Under the pieces are notes generated by a model. It worked only from the letters and a program-made list of their open reading frames with translations. It was not told the DNA's origin and did no database searches. Of a stretch of DNA of 64,000 bases, positions 40,601-52,684 are shown one piece after another (position 1 is the first letter of the stretch; every line of letters begins with the position of its first letter). The translations under genes and the position numbers were made by a program. This DNA comes from Eledone cirrhosa (lineage: Eukaryota), in assembly GCA_964016885.1 (NCBI GenBank), contig OZ024742.1, positions 263,996,001-264,060,000 of the forward strand. The letters are read 5' to 3'.

Positions 40601-41400
40601 TGATGACCACGACATCTATGTTCATTGATCTGAGGTCGTTGAGCAGGTGGCCCTGCTTCCATGACCACCTCAGGCCACGTCCATTCACACTGCCTTCAGT
40701 AAAGCCATGTTGGGTGAGGAATGGGATAGCGGAGAAAGGATCACTTACCCTGTTTGCGTAGAGATGGGGCAGTTGAATCATCCCTTCGACTGGTCGTGAG
40801 CACTTCCTTGAGAATATCTGTGCATATTCTTCTTGTCAGCGAACCTCTGAAATCCCCAACCACGTTGGGAAATTAACTTTTTAAATATTTGTATTGTTCT
40901 ACATCTAGTTTAATTACTTGGCAGTTTTAGGGTATACTTGATGGTGTTGGTGATATACAATAATTGCTGACTGTAATGTTTGTGTGTAATTGTCTGTTTC
41001 ATCAAATCCTCATTGACTGAGTTTATGGCAGTGTATTCTTTTATTCGGGACAGGTTTTGTTTTATTTTTTTTTTGTTGGAGTTGCTGGATGTGTGTGCTT
41101 TGATGGTAGTGTTAATGGTGTTTGTGATTGTGGTGGTGCTAGTGGTGGTCTCGCTGCAAGTCGCCTTGTAGTTTTTACTTTCTTTTGGCTTTCCTAGCTT
41201 TTGGAGGTCGAAACTGCACTGTTTTGGGGTTTGTTTTTGTTTCGGACCATTTTCCACTCCTCAGCCGCCTCATACTCCATGTCCGACTGTGAGAGGTCGG
41301 GGAGGGGTATGAGTTCTACTCTCTCATTTGTTGTTGTTGTTGGAGTCTGGTCTGCCGTTCTTGGCATAAGTGCAGGTGGGGACGGCGGCAGTCACATTAG
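37605..41400 (-). mobile_element. Tx1/L1-type LINE, decayed (ORF1 tail, APE, RT, 3' end)
   Basis: GSVNGRGLRWSWKQGHLLNDL, LVGDWNSIL, SYLDRVF, GPGYWKLNAS, RPITLLNAEFKILAK, LDQSEAFNRVDH, QGCSLSSLLY and AYADDVTL motifs; (ATT)n tail. Confidence 0.92.
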
Positions 41401-42091
41401 TAAATGACATTGTCAATGAAGGGAAATGCAATTCATTTGTAACAGGGAATAATATTTTTTTTAATTATCGCTGTTGCTGCTGCTGCCGCCACTGGCGTTG
41501 ATGTTGATGGCAATGGGGGTAGGATTTGTAATAGTGGTGGCGGTAATTTGCTTTGAAGTCAATGTCTGATCTATTTTTCTCGTACGTATTGCTTTGGCAT
41601 GTAGAAGTAGGAGGTGTTAAACATCCATTTTTTTCCGGAAATTTGAAATAATTTGTGTTAAGCAAATAGGAAAATACAATATTTAGGCCAAATGTCCGAA
41701 TATTATGGTGTCACCTTCCTTGAGGGTCAAGTCAGCCACCCCATAAATGTCTGTGAGAAAAAAATTGGCAAAAAAGCCGATAGAAACATGAAAATAACAA
41801 AACTTACAGAAAGCCGAGACCAATACGTCGGAAACACATGGTGACAATAATAATGATAATGAAACGAAGTCATCGGATATGACCGAAAAATCTTTGATCG
41901 CTTTCCCACTCATGTTTTAATTAAGCTAGTATCCTTAAGATACCAACATTAAATAGTGAGGAAAGCGATTTCTTGTTGATAGAGAAATAGATTCCCTCTT
42001 CCCGGACTAATTACTTAGTTTCCACTACTCTATCTGCTCGCGACAGTCCATATGGAGTTGGCGTTGACAGAAAATTAGGCAATGCTATTAA

Positions 42092-42132
42092 GCCTTACGT
42101 AATTTCGGCTAACAGTAGCTTAATCAGCGAGG
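42092..42132 (-). ncRNA. Degenerate hammerhead remnant
   Basis: cctcg-CTGATTA-agct actgtt agcc-GAAA-ttacgtaa (palindrome). The cleavage triplet and 3' stem I appear deleted. Confidence 0.45.
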
Positions 42133-42382
42133 AAAATCAGCCTCTTCGGAACAAGTTAGTGCCTCCGTGTATTGGCATGCGATCGACATTGCAGTAGTAA
42201 TCTGCACAACAATTACTTGATATATATATATATATATATATTAGAATTGGTGCTCTGAAATAGCGATATATATATGAATGTTTATATAGCGTATTTTGAA
42301 ATACACTGTATGCTTAATTAAAAGCATTTCGAATACCTTACGCTATTGTTTTAGAGTAGTGACAGTCTCACTTACTTTAAAT

Positions 42383-42474
42383 TTTCAGCAAACAGGGGAG
42401 ATAAAGCTGACAAAGCTCTGTTTCGTACTTTTTTGTACTTATCAAAGCTAAGTACTCCACCTGTTTGCTGAAAT
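42383..42474 (-). ncRNA. Extended type I hammerhead ribozyme, U3-A8 core variant
   Basis: tttcagcaaacagg t ggag tactt agct-TTGATAA-gtac aaaaaa gtac-GAAA-cagagctttg-T-C-agct ttat ctcc cctgtttgctgaaa. Confidence 0.85.
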
Positions 42475-42707
42475 TCATGAATGTTTGATTCTTATAGAAT
42501 TCTAGTAATAATCAGGAACTGATTATACAGAGCGGTTGCCGGTCAAGCAGAAATTGAAAATTAGAATTGGTGCTCTGAAATAGCGATATATATATGAATG
42601 TGTATATAGTGTATTTTGCAATACACTGTATGCTTGATTAAAAGCATTTCGAAGACCTTGCGCTATTGTTTTAGAGTAGTGACAGTCTCACTTACTTTAA
42701 ATTTTCA

Positions 42708-42788
42708 GCAAACAGGGGAGATAAAGCTGACAGAGTTCTGTTTCGTACTTTTTGGTACTTATCAAAACTAAGTACTCCACCTGTTTGC
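42708..42788 (-). ncRNA. Extended type I hammerhead ribozyme, U3-A8 variant, second copy
   Basis: agtt-TTGATAA-gtac caaaaa gtac-GAAA-cagaactctg-T-C-agct. Differences from the first copy keep the pairing (G.U) or fall in loops. Confidence 0.85.
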
Positions 42789-43239
42789 GTAAGGTCTTCG
42801 AAATGCTTTTAATTAAGCATACAGTGTATTGCAAAATACACTATATATACATTCATATATATATATATATATATATTAGTCTGTGAAACTACAGTTAGAG
42901 GAAAAAGAAATTCGTTAAGCCCTAGATATTTAGATTACTTAACAATGAATTTTGTTTCTGGGATGATACGCGTATGGGGGTACTTTATTTTAAGATACTG
43001 TAATGTGATCTTCCCTCTAGTCAATTCTGAGCCATCTTGAGATAGGTGATGGTGGAGATGCTGGTGGTGTTGATGCTAGTGGTCAAGGCTGGAGGTGTTT
43101 GTGATTTTGGTAGTGTCAATGACAGTCGAGAGATGGTGTAGTGATGATGATGGCAATATTGGAGGTAGTGAATTTGGTATTAATCATGATGATCATTATG
43201 GTTGTGTACTAAACGTCAACAAAGTAATAACTATTCCTA

Positions 43240-43640
43240 ATGATTAGTTCTACTTTTGGCACAAGGCCAGCAATTACTGGTGATTTATTTTATCGACCCC
43301 AAAAGGTTGAAAGGCTAAGTTAACCTCGGCGGGATTTGTACTCAAAACATAAAGGGACATAACTCTATGCTGAAAAGCATGGCGTCTGACACTCTACCGA
43401 TAGTGTCAATCCACTGCCCGAATAATAATGGAATGGCAGAATTGGTAGTCATCGGATAAGATGTCATTGCGCTATTTGTTCTGATTTTTAACATTCTGAG
43501 GTCAAATTCCGCTGAGGTCATCTTTGTCTTTCATATTTCCATGGTCGATAAAATAAAGTAGCAGTCAAGTACTGTGATTGATTTAATCAATTTGCCCTTC
43601 CTCTAAATTTGCTGGCCATGTTCCTAAATTAGAAATCAGT
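43240..43640. mobile_element. Two head-to-head SINEs (43240-43420 minus; ~43428-43640 plus, longer variant)
   Basis: Both show A/B-box-like heads and the shared core. Confidence 0.75.
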
Positions 43641-44198
43641 ACAATGATGCCTAGAAAATTTAAGGAAAACTAAAGCTTCAACTAAAAAACGGCACAGCCC
43701 CGTCATCGAAGTTATAACTGTGTACTTCACAACAAAATTAAATCTTTTTTTTTTAATGCGATGGGAACATTGATGGTACCAGAAACTACCCATATTCAAG
43801 ATATTATGAAGATACGCAGTATTTTGTTTTCATGTTAGGAATTTATTTAAGAAGAGAAAACAACCCAAGAAATAAGAGCTTATATTCTCATTAGTTATCT
43901 CGCTAACTTGTGAAACTGTGTTAGCTTCCTAGGAAATATAATTTCCCTGGGAAGAAGAATCTACATTTTCACTGACAGTATCAACCTAATTAACTAACAA
44001 GACATACTGACAAATCAAATTTGTAAATAATGTCACCATCTAAAAATCTACAGTCTAAGGTTACTTTCTGTAATTGTTGATCAAGTAAATGTCGGTTGTC
44101 AACTAATATATATTCATTCCGATGAATATATATTTTCATTTTGTAATATTTCATCATTAGTTATGCTTCTTACTAGCTAACATTATGCAGATGGCGTT

Positions 44199-44305
44199 AA
44201 TCCCGCCGAGGTTAACTTTACCTTTCATCCTTACGGGGTCGATAAAATAAAGTACCAGTAATGTACTGGATAATTGCTGGCCTTGTGCCAATAGTAGAAA
44301 CAATT
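44199..44305 (+). mobile_element. 5'-truncated SINE with 17-bp TSD
   Basis: attatgcagatggcgtt at 44182-44198 and 44303-44319. Confidence 0.9.
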
Positions 44306-44559
44306 ATGCAGATGGCGTTTCATATTTATTCAATTTGCAATAATTAATTCTACTCTATACTAACAAAATACGAACTAGCATATTTACTAGACGATTTCCA
44401 TGCGAATACTTCGTCAATGAGTTGCCCAGAGTAGTTTTCCCTACCTAACGAGGAAAATATCCAGTGTCGATAAAAATACTACGGTATTTGATCCGGCTCA
44501 CTGCGGTCTGAGTTTAAATCCCGCTGAGGTGAACCACTCTTTCTCTCTCTCTCTCTCTT

Positions 44560-45090
44560 GGCTGTTTCGATATGGAGATGGATGGGCTTTATCAACCTTC
44601 TGCTGTTGTTGTTGTTGTTCTTGTTGTTGTTGTTATGGTGGTGGTGTTGTTTACAATAAGTATGCTATTGCTTTTTGGTTTCTTTGAAAATATATTTTGT
44701 TGTTCTTGTGATGGCGAAGATGCTAATTTCAGAAAATCACATTCACGAATAAGCGTGCTTTGGTGATAATGTTGTCTTTAGCACAGCTGCTGCTGCTATA
44801 TTTTTTGGTAGATAAGTGGCTATTCTGTTGATCAAACGAACTTCTGTTCTCTTTTGTGGACGAAATTTTGACGGCTACCATGTTTGTTTTTGTTAAAGAA
44901 AGGATTTATTACTTTTTTTTAAAGTTCCCATATTTGCGCCGAATCCCAAATATCTTCTTTCTAGAAGGTAATATATAGTGCCTTATTCACAATTAACAAC
45001 GAAAATATTCTACAAATAACAATTCCAAACAACTTAAAAACAACAAATCTTACGGAACTCAAAGTAACACATCTTCACAAGTAAGTCGCC
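44560..45090 (-). mobile_element. Tx1/L1-type 5' UTR and ORF1 start
   Basis: Begins right after an (ATT)n tail. UTR layout and (CAA)n-rich ORF1 start resemble the elements starting at 26490 and 50538. Confidence 0.55.
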
Positions 45091-45151
<61 letters not shown>

Positions 45152-46589
45152 TCTTTATTAACCACAAAGGTTTACATAAAGTAGACATTAAGGACAGTAC
45201 AGGACAACACAGGACGGTACAAATGGGCATTTCTGCGTGTAAAAAACAAAAACAGAAGATGTAATAAAAATAACAATGAAAAATACCCCAATAGGGGGGA
45301 GATTTCCGAGGGACATTTGTGGAAAAAGCCCATTTTCCTTTTCAAATGAAATTTGAAAAAGTTAATTAGGGCATTACCGAAGAGGTAAGTGCTTGTCTTC
45401 AGCCCTTTCAAACGTGTCCACCATACTATCTCTTTCGCCATGGCCACCAGACAGATAAAAACTGCCTGCCCTTCCCGGCTAAAGGAAGAGGGCGGGGCAA
45501 TCCTCACGATGGACTCAGCTGATAGCCGGATCCGTCCTACACGCGATAGCAGGTGTTCGACATAAACCCACAAGTCAGCAATTCTCGGAAACTGGACGAG
45601 TGCGTGCAGGACGGTTTCGTCGCCCTGCGCACATCTCGGACATGCCCGGCTGACGGCACATCCATGCCTGTAGAGTTTATGCCGAACTGGCAAGGCTCCT
45701 CGGTAGCACTGCCAGGCCAGGGATTTCTGGAAGTTGTCCATAGGCCCCGGCCCGAAAGTTCTTCCGAAGAGATTGACTAGTTGATTTTCGTCGACGCCTA
45801 GAGTTTCCCCAAGTGCGTCGTCGCTCTTCCTCTCCACTAATCCTCTATTGAACGCCGAGGTGGAGTTTCCACCGATCACATTGCCCGATTGGTCTAGGGC
45901 TGTGAGCGCCTGAAGACATTCCAGTCTCCAAGCGCTCCCTCTCGGTCTTCGCTTGTCTCAGGACTGCAGCTCCGTCAAGGAAACGAGCTGGGGAAATACG
46001 CGTCTAGCAAACGGCGACCACACCTGATCACCAAGAGGAAGAGGTGGAGATGTCGTAGCTTGAGCGCGTGTCTGCGCATCATCAGCCACAGCATGCCAAG
46101 CCCTCCACGTAGCGGGTGTTGACAACAGATGGACTGCCTGACCATCGGAGCGCGTCCCTTCCACAAAAAGCGAAAGAGCAAACGCTCCAGCGCAGTCAGG
46201 CGGCGCTTAGGACAAGGTACGATGGTCAGGCGGTAGCAGATAACGGACGCGATGTACGCGTTAGCCACCTCCGCTCGACCTTTGAGGGATAGCTTCTTCT
46301 CCGCCCATTTCTGGTTGAGAGAAGCCAACCTGCTCGTCACCTCGTCCCAGGTTTTGTCCGTCTGGAGGTCCGGATCGAACCAGACCCCTAGAAAGTTAAC
46401 CGGCCCGTCCGTCCAGCGTCCGACGACGCTGTTGGACGGCATGGACCTGCCTCTCCAGGTGCCGAGCTGCCGGTCCACTGACTTTTGCTGGTTGATCATT
46501 GGTCCTGTCACTGCTTCGTATTCTGTTAGTGTAATGCCGATCGCCTCGATGTGTTTGGCGTTCGACACCACTACGGTGGCATCGTCCGC

Positions 46590-46634
<45 letters not shown>

Positions 46635-49600
46635 GAGTGTTATGGAATCGCTCCCGTAAGTTTTTGATTTTTAACATATTTAAAACAATCGTGATATAAC
46701 AATTCGTAGTACAAATGCGATATAAAGCACCAGGCTTAGCTCTCAGGAAATGAGAACCCATAATATCCTGTTATATCGCTCAAATAGTCTTGTATTATAA
46801 ATTTTATATTAAAAAAAGAAAATGGTTATAAATGGAAGAAAACCCCCTCTGTCTACACTATATAGAACAGCCAAATAACAGTCTACACTATATAGAACAG
46901 CCAAATTTACCCCTCGTGTAGTTAGCCATCGCTTCCCGTATTTCACCTGCTGTTATTGGCTTTTTGCAACACTGTGCTGCGGTCGTCGAGAGCCGAGGAA
47001 GTCCGTCGAGGTATGCACTGAAATCCATACCCCGATCTGGCCCGCCGCTACTCCCGAACAGTTCAGCAAAGTGCTGCTGAAAAGCTTCACACATCTGCTC
47101 GGCTTCGAGCAGCACGCGCCGGTTTTGGTCAGATAAAGACCGGATTGTGGCTTTGTTGCCACGTCGCGCCTCTGCCACTCGGGCTCATTCGACGGCTTTT
47201 GTCCCCTCGTGTTTCAGAGGATGCGTTCTAGCTCTGACAACGCAGCCTTCGTGTTTTGCGTTGAAGAATTGGTCGAGTGCCAATCTCGCCGCAAGCACGT
47301 CGGTTGCCATGCCTGTTCTAAACGCCTCTTCTAGCTTTCTGCCAAGCTCTCCCTCTATTCTATTTTCCTCTATCACTACTCCTTTGCTAAACCTAATCGA
47401 CTCTACTTTAATTGCCCTTTTCAGTGCGAACCACCACCTGTTGTTGACGACCGCTCCCGTCAACGCCCGCTTAACTAATACGCTAATCCGGTCTCTGTAG
47501 GCTTTGCGCGCCGGGAAAGACGCGTTCAGCTTCCAGTAATCGGGTCCTTGTCTATGAAGTTTGTCTTGTCGATCTCACAGATCACAAATTTGTGGTCTGT
47601 GTAGTCGACTATTTTAAATTGTGGACAAATTATACTAGCCTTATCTAGTTATCTGCAGAATACCCTATCGAGATACGATCTGGATGACCGATGCGGTTTG
47701 TCCATGTCCACATTGGCACATTCGGGTGATCCAGTCGATAGCTGTCAGACAGTTCAAAACGTCTGAACAGGTTGGTGAGGCTCTTGCACCTTCCTCCCCT
47801 ATCCACTAGCCCCACACAATTCCAGCGTGCATCCAAGATACCGTTCCAGTCGCCCACTAACACTAAAGAGCGGGACGTTCCAAGAAAGGTCTCTAGACGT
47901 CTGAAGAAATCTGGCCGTCCTGTCCCTGTCGGGGCATAGACGGCTACTAGCCTGAAAGCGTTGTCTTCAGTGCCGTTTACGTCCAGCACCACCGACTTAC
48001 CTTCTGGGTCCAGGAAGATTGTCCGTATGGCGAGACCCAAGCCTTTCCGAAACAACACATCCACTCCGCCCCCGCTCCCGGACGGCTCGGAGATGCGTAC
48101 ACCTCGTAACCGTCGAAGATCGGTGCGAAAGCTTGCATTTCGGAGATTCTCGTCTTGCTGATGGCCACCATATCTATGTTTAGTGACCTGAGGTCGTTAA
48201 GCAAGTGACCCTGCTTCCAGACCGAGCTCAACCTACGCACGTTTACACTTCCGATCCTGAATACGGCCATGTTGGGTGAGGAACGGAGCAAGGGAGAAAG
48301 GATGACTTACCTTGATCGTCTGGTGAAGGGACCGTTGAATCGTCCCTTCGGCTGGTCGTCGGCTCTTCTGTAAGTATATCCGAGTATACTCTCCGGTTGA
48401 GTGTCCCTCCTAGGTCTCTGAAATCACCAACTGCGTTGGGGAATTTCATTTTAATGTTTGTGTATTGTTTCTGTGATATTCTTACCAGTCTTATGTTCGT
48501 AGGTGTTTTGATTGGTGCTGGTATTATGTAGTCGTGCTGTGAAATGTCTGTGTGTTCAATTATGTAAGTCATTAGTTTCTTGTTGTGTGTATTTATTGCT
48601 GTGCATTTCTTTTTCTGGGGGTGGGGTGTGGTTCTGCTATTTTCTTGTCGTTGTTGCTGAGTGTGTTTTGTTGTTGTGTTTGCGATGTTGGTGCTTGTGG
48701 TGGTGTTGTTGAAGGTGTTGTTGTTGTTGGCTGTGGGGTTGTCGCCGGTGGTGATGGTAGTGCTAGTGAGGGTGGTGATGGTGTTGGTGGTGATGGTGTT
48801 GGCGGTGTTGCTACTGTAGCCTTCACCCTTTTTTCATTTCTTCCCTCCCTTTTCGAAGGCGACGATGCGCTGCTTCTGCATTCGTGCCTTCTTGCGACCT
48901 TTTGCGATCCCTCTCCCACCTCACACTCCATGTCTGATTCTGTGAGGTTGGGGAGGGGTACCAGCTCCACTCTTTCACTTGTTCTTGTTGGTGATGGTTG
49001 CAGTGGAGTCTCTGTTGCAGTTGCAGTTGGTATTACTGTTGTTGTCGTTAATACTTCCATTGCTGCTGCTGTTCTTGATTTCCGTGGCGTGGGTATGGGT
49101 GCCACGGACCTATCCTTCCTGCTTGCCACCTGTCCTGTTGCTGGTAGCAGTGGAGCCAGTTTCGGAAGGAGGGGGGTTTTCTCCTTCTCAGGTTCTTCTC
49201 ATTGCAGAAGGCCCTGAGGTGAGTCTTCGACCCACAGCGAAAGCATTTCGGGCGTTTGCCCTCAACACTTATGGGCAGTTGAGTGCCGTTATCAAAGTCT
49301 ATCACATCCGGGATAGCTTCGATGCACTCCTGGTTGGTTTGAATTAACATCTCAATGGAGGCGCCGACCCAATCTTCTCGCACTTTTTTCTGTACTTGCA
49401 TGCAGTACGGTTGTTTTGTCCTCGATTCCGACGAGGGAGGACAGACGCGGCCAGCCAAGAAGGGGCCATCGGGGGGGGGGGGATTTGGGTCAGTTTGACC
49501 CTCACAACTTTTTGCCCTCCTCGCTCCTTAGGGTTACTAAGGATTGAGCCTTTGCCTCCTGCGGCGTGGCAAAAAGCACGTCCACGGTGGCATATTTCTT

Positions 49601-50538
49601 GCCTCGGGTGATATGCGTTTTCCGCTGCCACACACACCCTAAGGCTTTTTTGTATTTGAGTTTCTGTGGCTCTTTTAACCCTACGTGATTTTGTGCTTAC
49701 TGTACGGTACGTGACCGTACAGTGCTGTTGGGTTTCGAAAAATGCTTCGGCTGTCATGCAGATTGCTCGGTGTCCGGTTTTCGTCACCATCTTCCTTGCT
49801 TCCTGTAATTCCTCATTTGTTATAAGGATGGTTTCCAGGTTCTTTGCGATACATGCAAATGAGATTAGTTTTTCTTTCTTGTTGTTGTCGTCAGAGCTGC
49901 TGTTCATTTTGTTGTTGCTGCTGGTACTACGACCGCCGCCGCCGCTGTTGCTGTTGTTGTTATTGTTGTTGTTGCTGTTGCTGCTGTTGTTGTTGTTGCT
50001 GTTGCTGCTGCTGCTGTTATTACGGCTGCTCCTGCTATTCTTCATGACGTCAGACGAATGAAATGGCTTTCCGTATTTACCGCACACATCTTTCGTTGTT
50101 GTTGTCGCCGTGAAAAAATGTTCCACGGTACGCGCGTTCTCTTGATGAAGAAACTACATTTTTCTTTTTCTTTAATGGCGTCGCTTGCGAAAAAGGCGAC
50201 AGAGGCGACACCACATTTAGAGAAGGGAGGGATAAAGACAATCTTTTCTCTGACGTAATGACGATTGGGGAAGAAGACGGAAGGAGTGGGAGTGACTTGT
50301 GAAAATTCTTTTTTGTAGTCATGTTTTTTTACGGTTTAAAATGAATATTGGGCACAGATCCCCAATAACTGGTTATTTAACCCCGAAGGGCCAAATAACG
50401 GGCAGAAAGACCACTCTCACGAGGAGGAGGGTGTCTTAATGTACAATTTGGTTCAAGTTTTAAACAATTTAAAAGTGTTATAACGGTTAAAAATTACAAT
50501 ACCTTACAGAGCCCAGCCTCCGTCAACCATGGCATTCA
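45091..50538 (-). mobile_element. Near-full-length Tx1/L1-type LINE (5' UTR, ORF1, APE, partly deleted RT, zf-RVT, (ATT)n tail)
   Basis: ORF1 knuckle EGKRPKCFRCGSKTHLRAFC; APE RIGSVNVRRL, LVAVYAP, LVGDWNGIL; post-RT KKLSLKGRAEVANAY; CPRCAQGDETVLHALVQ; tail at 45091-45148. Confidence 0.92.
46592..46906 (+). mobile_element. (TAA)n plus an opposite-strand LINE 5' UTR fragment replacing the N-terminal half of RT
   Basis: Host reads ...MANYTRGK then resumes at YADD. The insert is homologous to 26150-26260 (minus) and ends in a 26-bp duplication (46851-46876 and 46881-46906). Confidence 0.6.
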
Positions 50539-50544
50539 ATAATA

Positions 50545-50880
50545 ATAATAATTATTTCTACTTTAGGCACAAGGCCAGCAAATACCCAGTGCATTACTGG
50601 TACTTTATTTTATCGACCCCGTAAGGATGAAAGGCAAAGTCAACCTCGGCGGGATTTGAACTCAGATCGTAAAGGGACGTAACTATGCTAGAAAGCATGG
50701 CGTCCGACCCTCTACCGATACTGCCAATAATAATGATTTCTTATATAGGCACAAGACCAGCAATTTAGTGGGGAGGGGAAAGTCGATTAAATCGACCCCA
50801 GTGCGTGACTGGTATTTTATTTTTTCGACCCGGTGAGGATGAAAGGCAAAACTAACCTCGGCGGGATTTGAGCCCAGAAC
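50545..50880 (-). mobile_element. Two tandem SINE copies (short and long variants)
   Basis: 50545-50726 and 50727-50880 both carry the B-box and core. Confidence 0.85.
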
Positions 50881-50955
50881 ACCTATATGGAAGACAGGCT
50901 TTCCATCGTGGAGAAGAGAGGGAACATGGCCATGGACAATCCAGCAACTACAACG

Positions 50956-51023
<68 letters not shown>

Positions 51024-51029
51024 AGTTCA

Positions 51030-52221
51030 AGCAGACAAGAAACAGAGGTACAAACAGTCTTATTAGTTTCCCGCTTTATATTGAAAAGAGGAAAGAAAGT
51101 CCGAAGTGTCGGGCTTAAGCCCTTCTTCATGGGTACAAACAGAGACAGGATCACAAGGATCCGAGTAAAGTAAAAAATCGAGAATGAAGAGTGAAAACAA
51201 GACAAATCGCTAGGTAGTCTTGGTAACGAATTCGAACGCCGAGTGGACTGTGTGTGTATTAGTGTCGTTATATGTGGTAGTGTAAGTTATAGGTTAACTT
51301 TGCCTTTCATCCTTACGGGGTCGATTAAATAAAGTACCAGTAATGTACTGGGTAATTGCTGGCCTTGTGCCTAAAGTAGAAACAGTTATATGTGGTAGTG
51401 TAAGTGTACGTTTAAACGATTATAGTATATGTTTTTAAGGTATATAGTGTAAAGTATCAAAGATAGTGTGTGTATGCGTATATCCATGCGGTAGTGGTAG
51501 TGGACTTGTATGTTTGAGTGAATGTAAGTTTGAATGTGTGCACTGTATATGTGCGTAATTTTGTGTGTGTAAAGTATCTGGCAGTGTTAGCGTATGTCCG
51601 TGAGATGTATGGATAGAATGTGTGAGTGTATTATTAAATTTTAACGTGTGTATGTATGTTGAAGTTTATAATGTGTGCGTGTAAAGTATCTAACTGTGAT
51701 TTGTATGGAAGCGTGTATGTATTAACAAGTATGTATCATAGGATAAAGGAAGTATGTTTAGTGTGTGATAGGGAGTGATTAAAGGAAGATGGGTGGCGCA
51801 TTTAAGTTAGAGGGAAGAAAGATTTGTAAGGAAAAAATAAGGTGCAGTTTCCTCCGCCAGCGCGAGTCAGAGGGTCCAGCGGAATGATTTTGAGGTAGTG
51901 TCTGGAATGACCGCGGATCGAAAATATCGTGAGATCGGTGTCGGGATGCCGACCCAGATGTTCCGAAGGTGTTAAGCAAATCTGTCGACCAGACGACGGC
52001 CAGTATGACCAAGGTAGATGGCTCCACACAGAGTCTAACGGAGCCCACAGACAAGGCTGGTGGAGGTGTAGCTGAAGGAGTCCCTAACCCGGAAGGTACG
52101 GTAATTGGGACGGAAATGGGTGGTAGTGTAGGATATAAAGCTGCATGTATAGCAGCGGCGTCGGGAACAGGGGTAGAATCCAGGAGATGTTTTGGGGGAA
52201 GTAAAGGCACTGCGGAGGACG

Positions 52222-52222
<1 letters not shown>
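51030..52222 (-). mobile_element. PLE 3' remnant: GIY-YIG C-terminus, 3' UTR and a degenerate hammerhead (51101-51133)
   Basis: TPSEHLG.../...RWRRKLHLIFSLQIFLPSNLN resembles the GIY-YIG tail. Minus strand has ccc-ATGAAGA-a gggc ttaa gccc-GACAC-ttcgg. Confidence 0.65.
51291..51384 (+). mobile_element. 5'-truncated SINE with 21-bp TSD
   Basis: gttatatgtggtagtgtaagt at 51267-51287 and 51385-51405. Confidence 0.9.
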
Positions 52223-52297
<75 letters not shown>

Positions 52298-52319
52298 ATC
52301 TGAATTTTTTTAATATTAA

Positions 52320-52423
52320 TAATTGATTCTTCTTTTGGCACAAGGCCGGCAATTACCCAGTTCATTACTCTGCTGGAAACCATGGCGTCCGACCCTCTAC
52401 CGATACTGCCAATTCACCGCCCT
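52320..52423 (-). mobile_element. Internally deleted SINE
   Basis: Head and tail are present; B-box and core are missing. Flanked by tttttaatatt repeats. Confidence 0.7.
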
Positions 52424-52573
52424 TTTTAATATTCAATTCGATTCGTTTCGATTTCTTTGCAATTATGCAAACAAGCGTCATTTTTTTTTGTCCATATAAG
52501 CGTTATTAATTAATATATTTCAGATCAGATATGAATATTTGTAGATCTTGATTGTCATTCTAATACTGAAGAC

Positions 52574-52641
<68 letters not shown>

Positions 52642-52684
52642 TTTCTACTACAACGTAATATAATATCTGTATACAACAACTACA

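Larger units (their letters stand above)
42241..42862 (-). mobile_element. Retrozyme-like element: 320-bp unit, ~1.7 tandem copies plus a short inverted segment
   Basis: ttagaattggtgctctgaaa starts at 42241 and 42561. About 42787-42862 is the reverse complement of part of the unit. Each copy carries a hammerhead. Confidence 0.85.
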
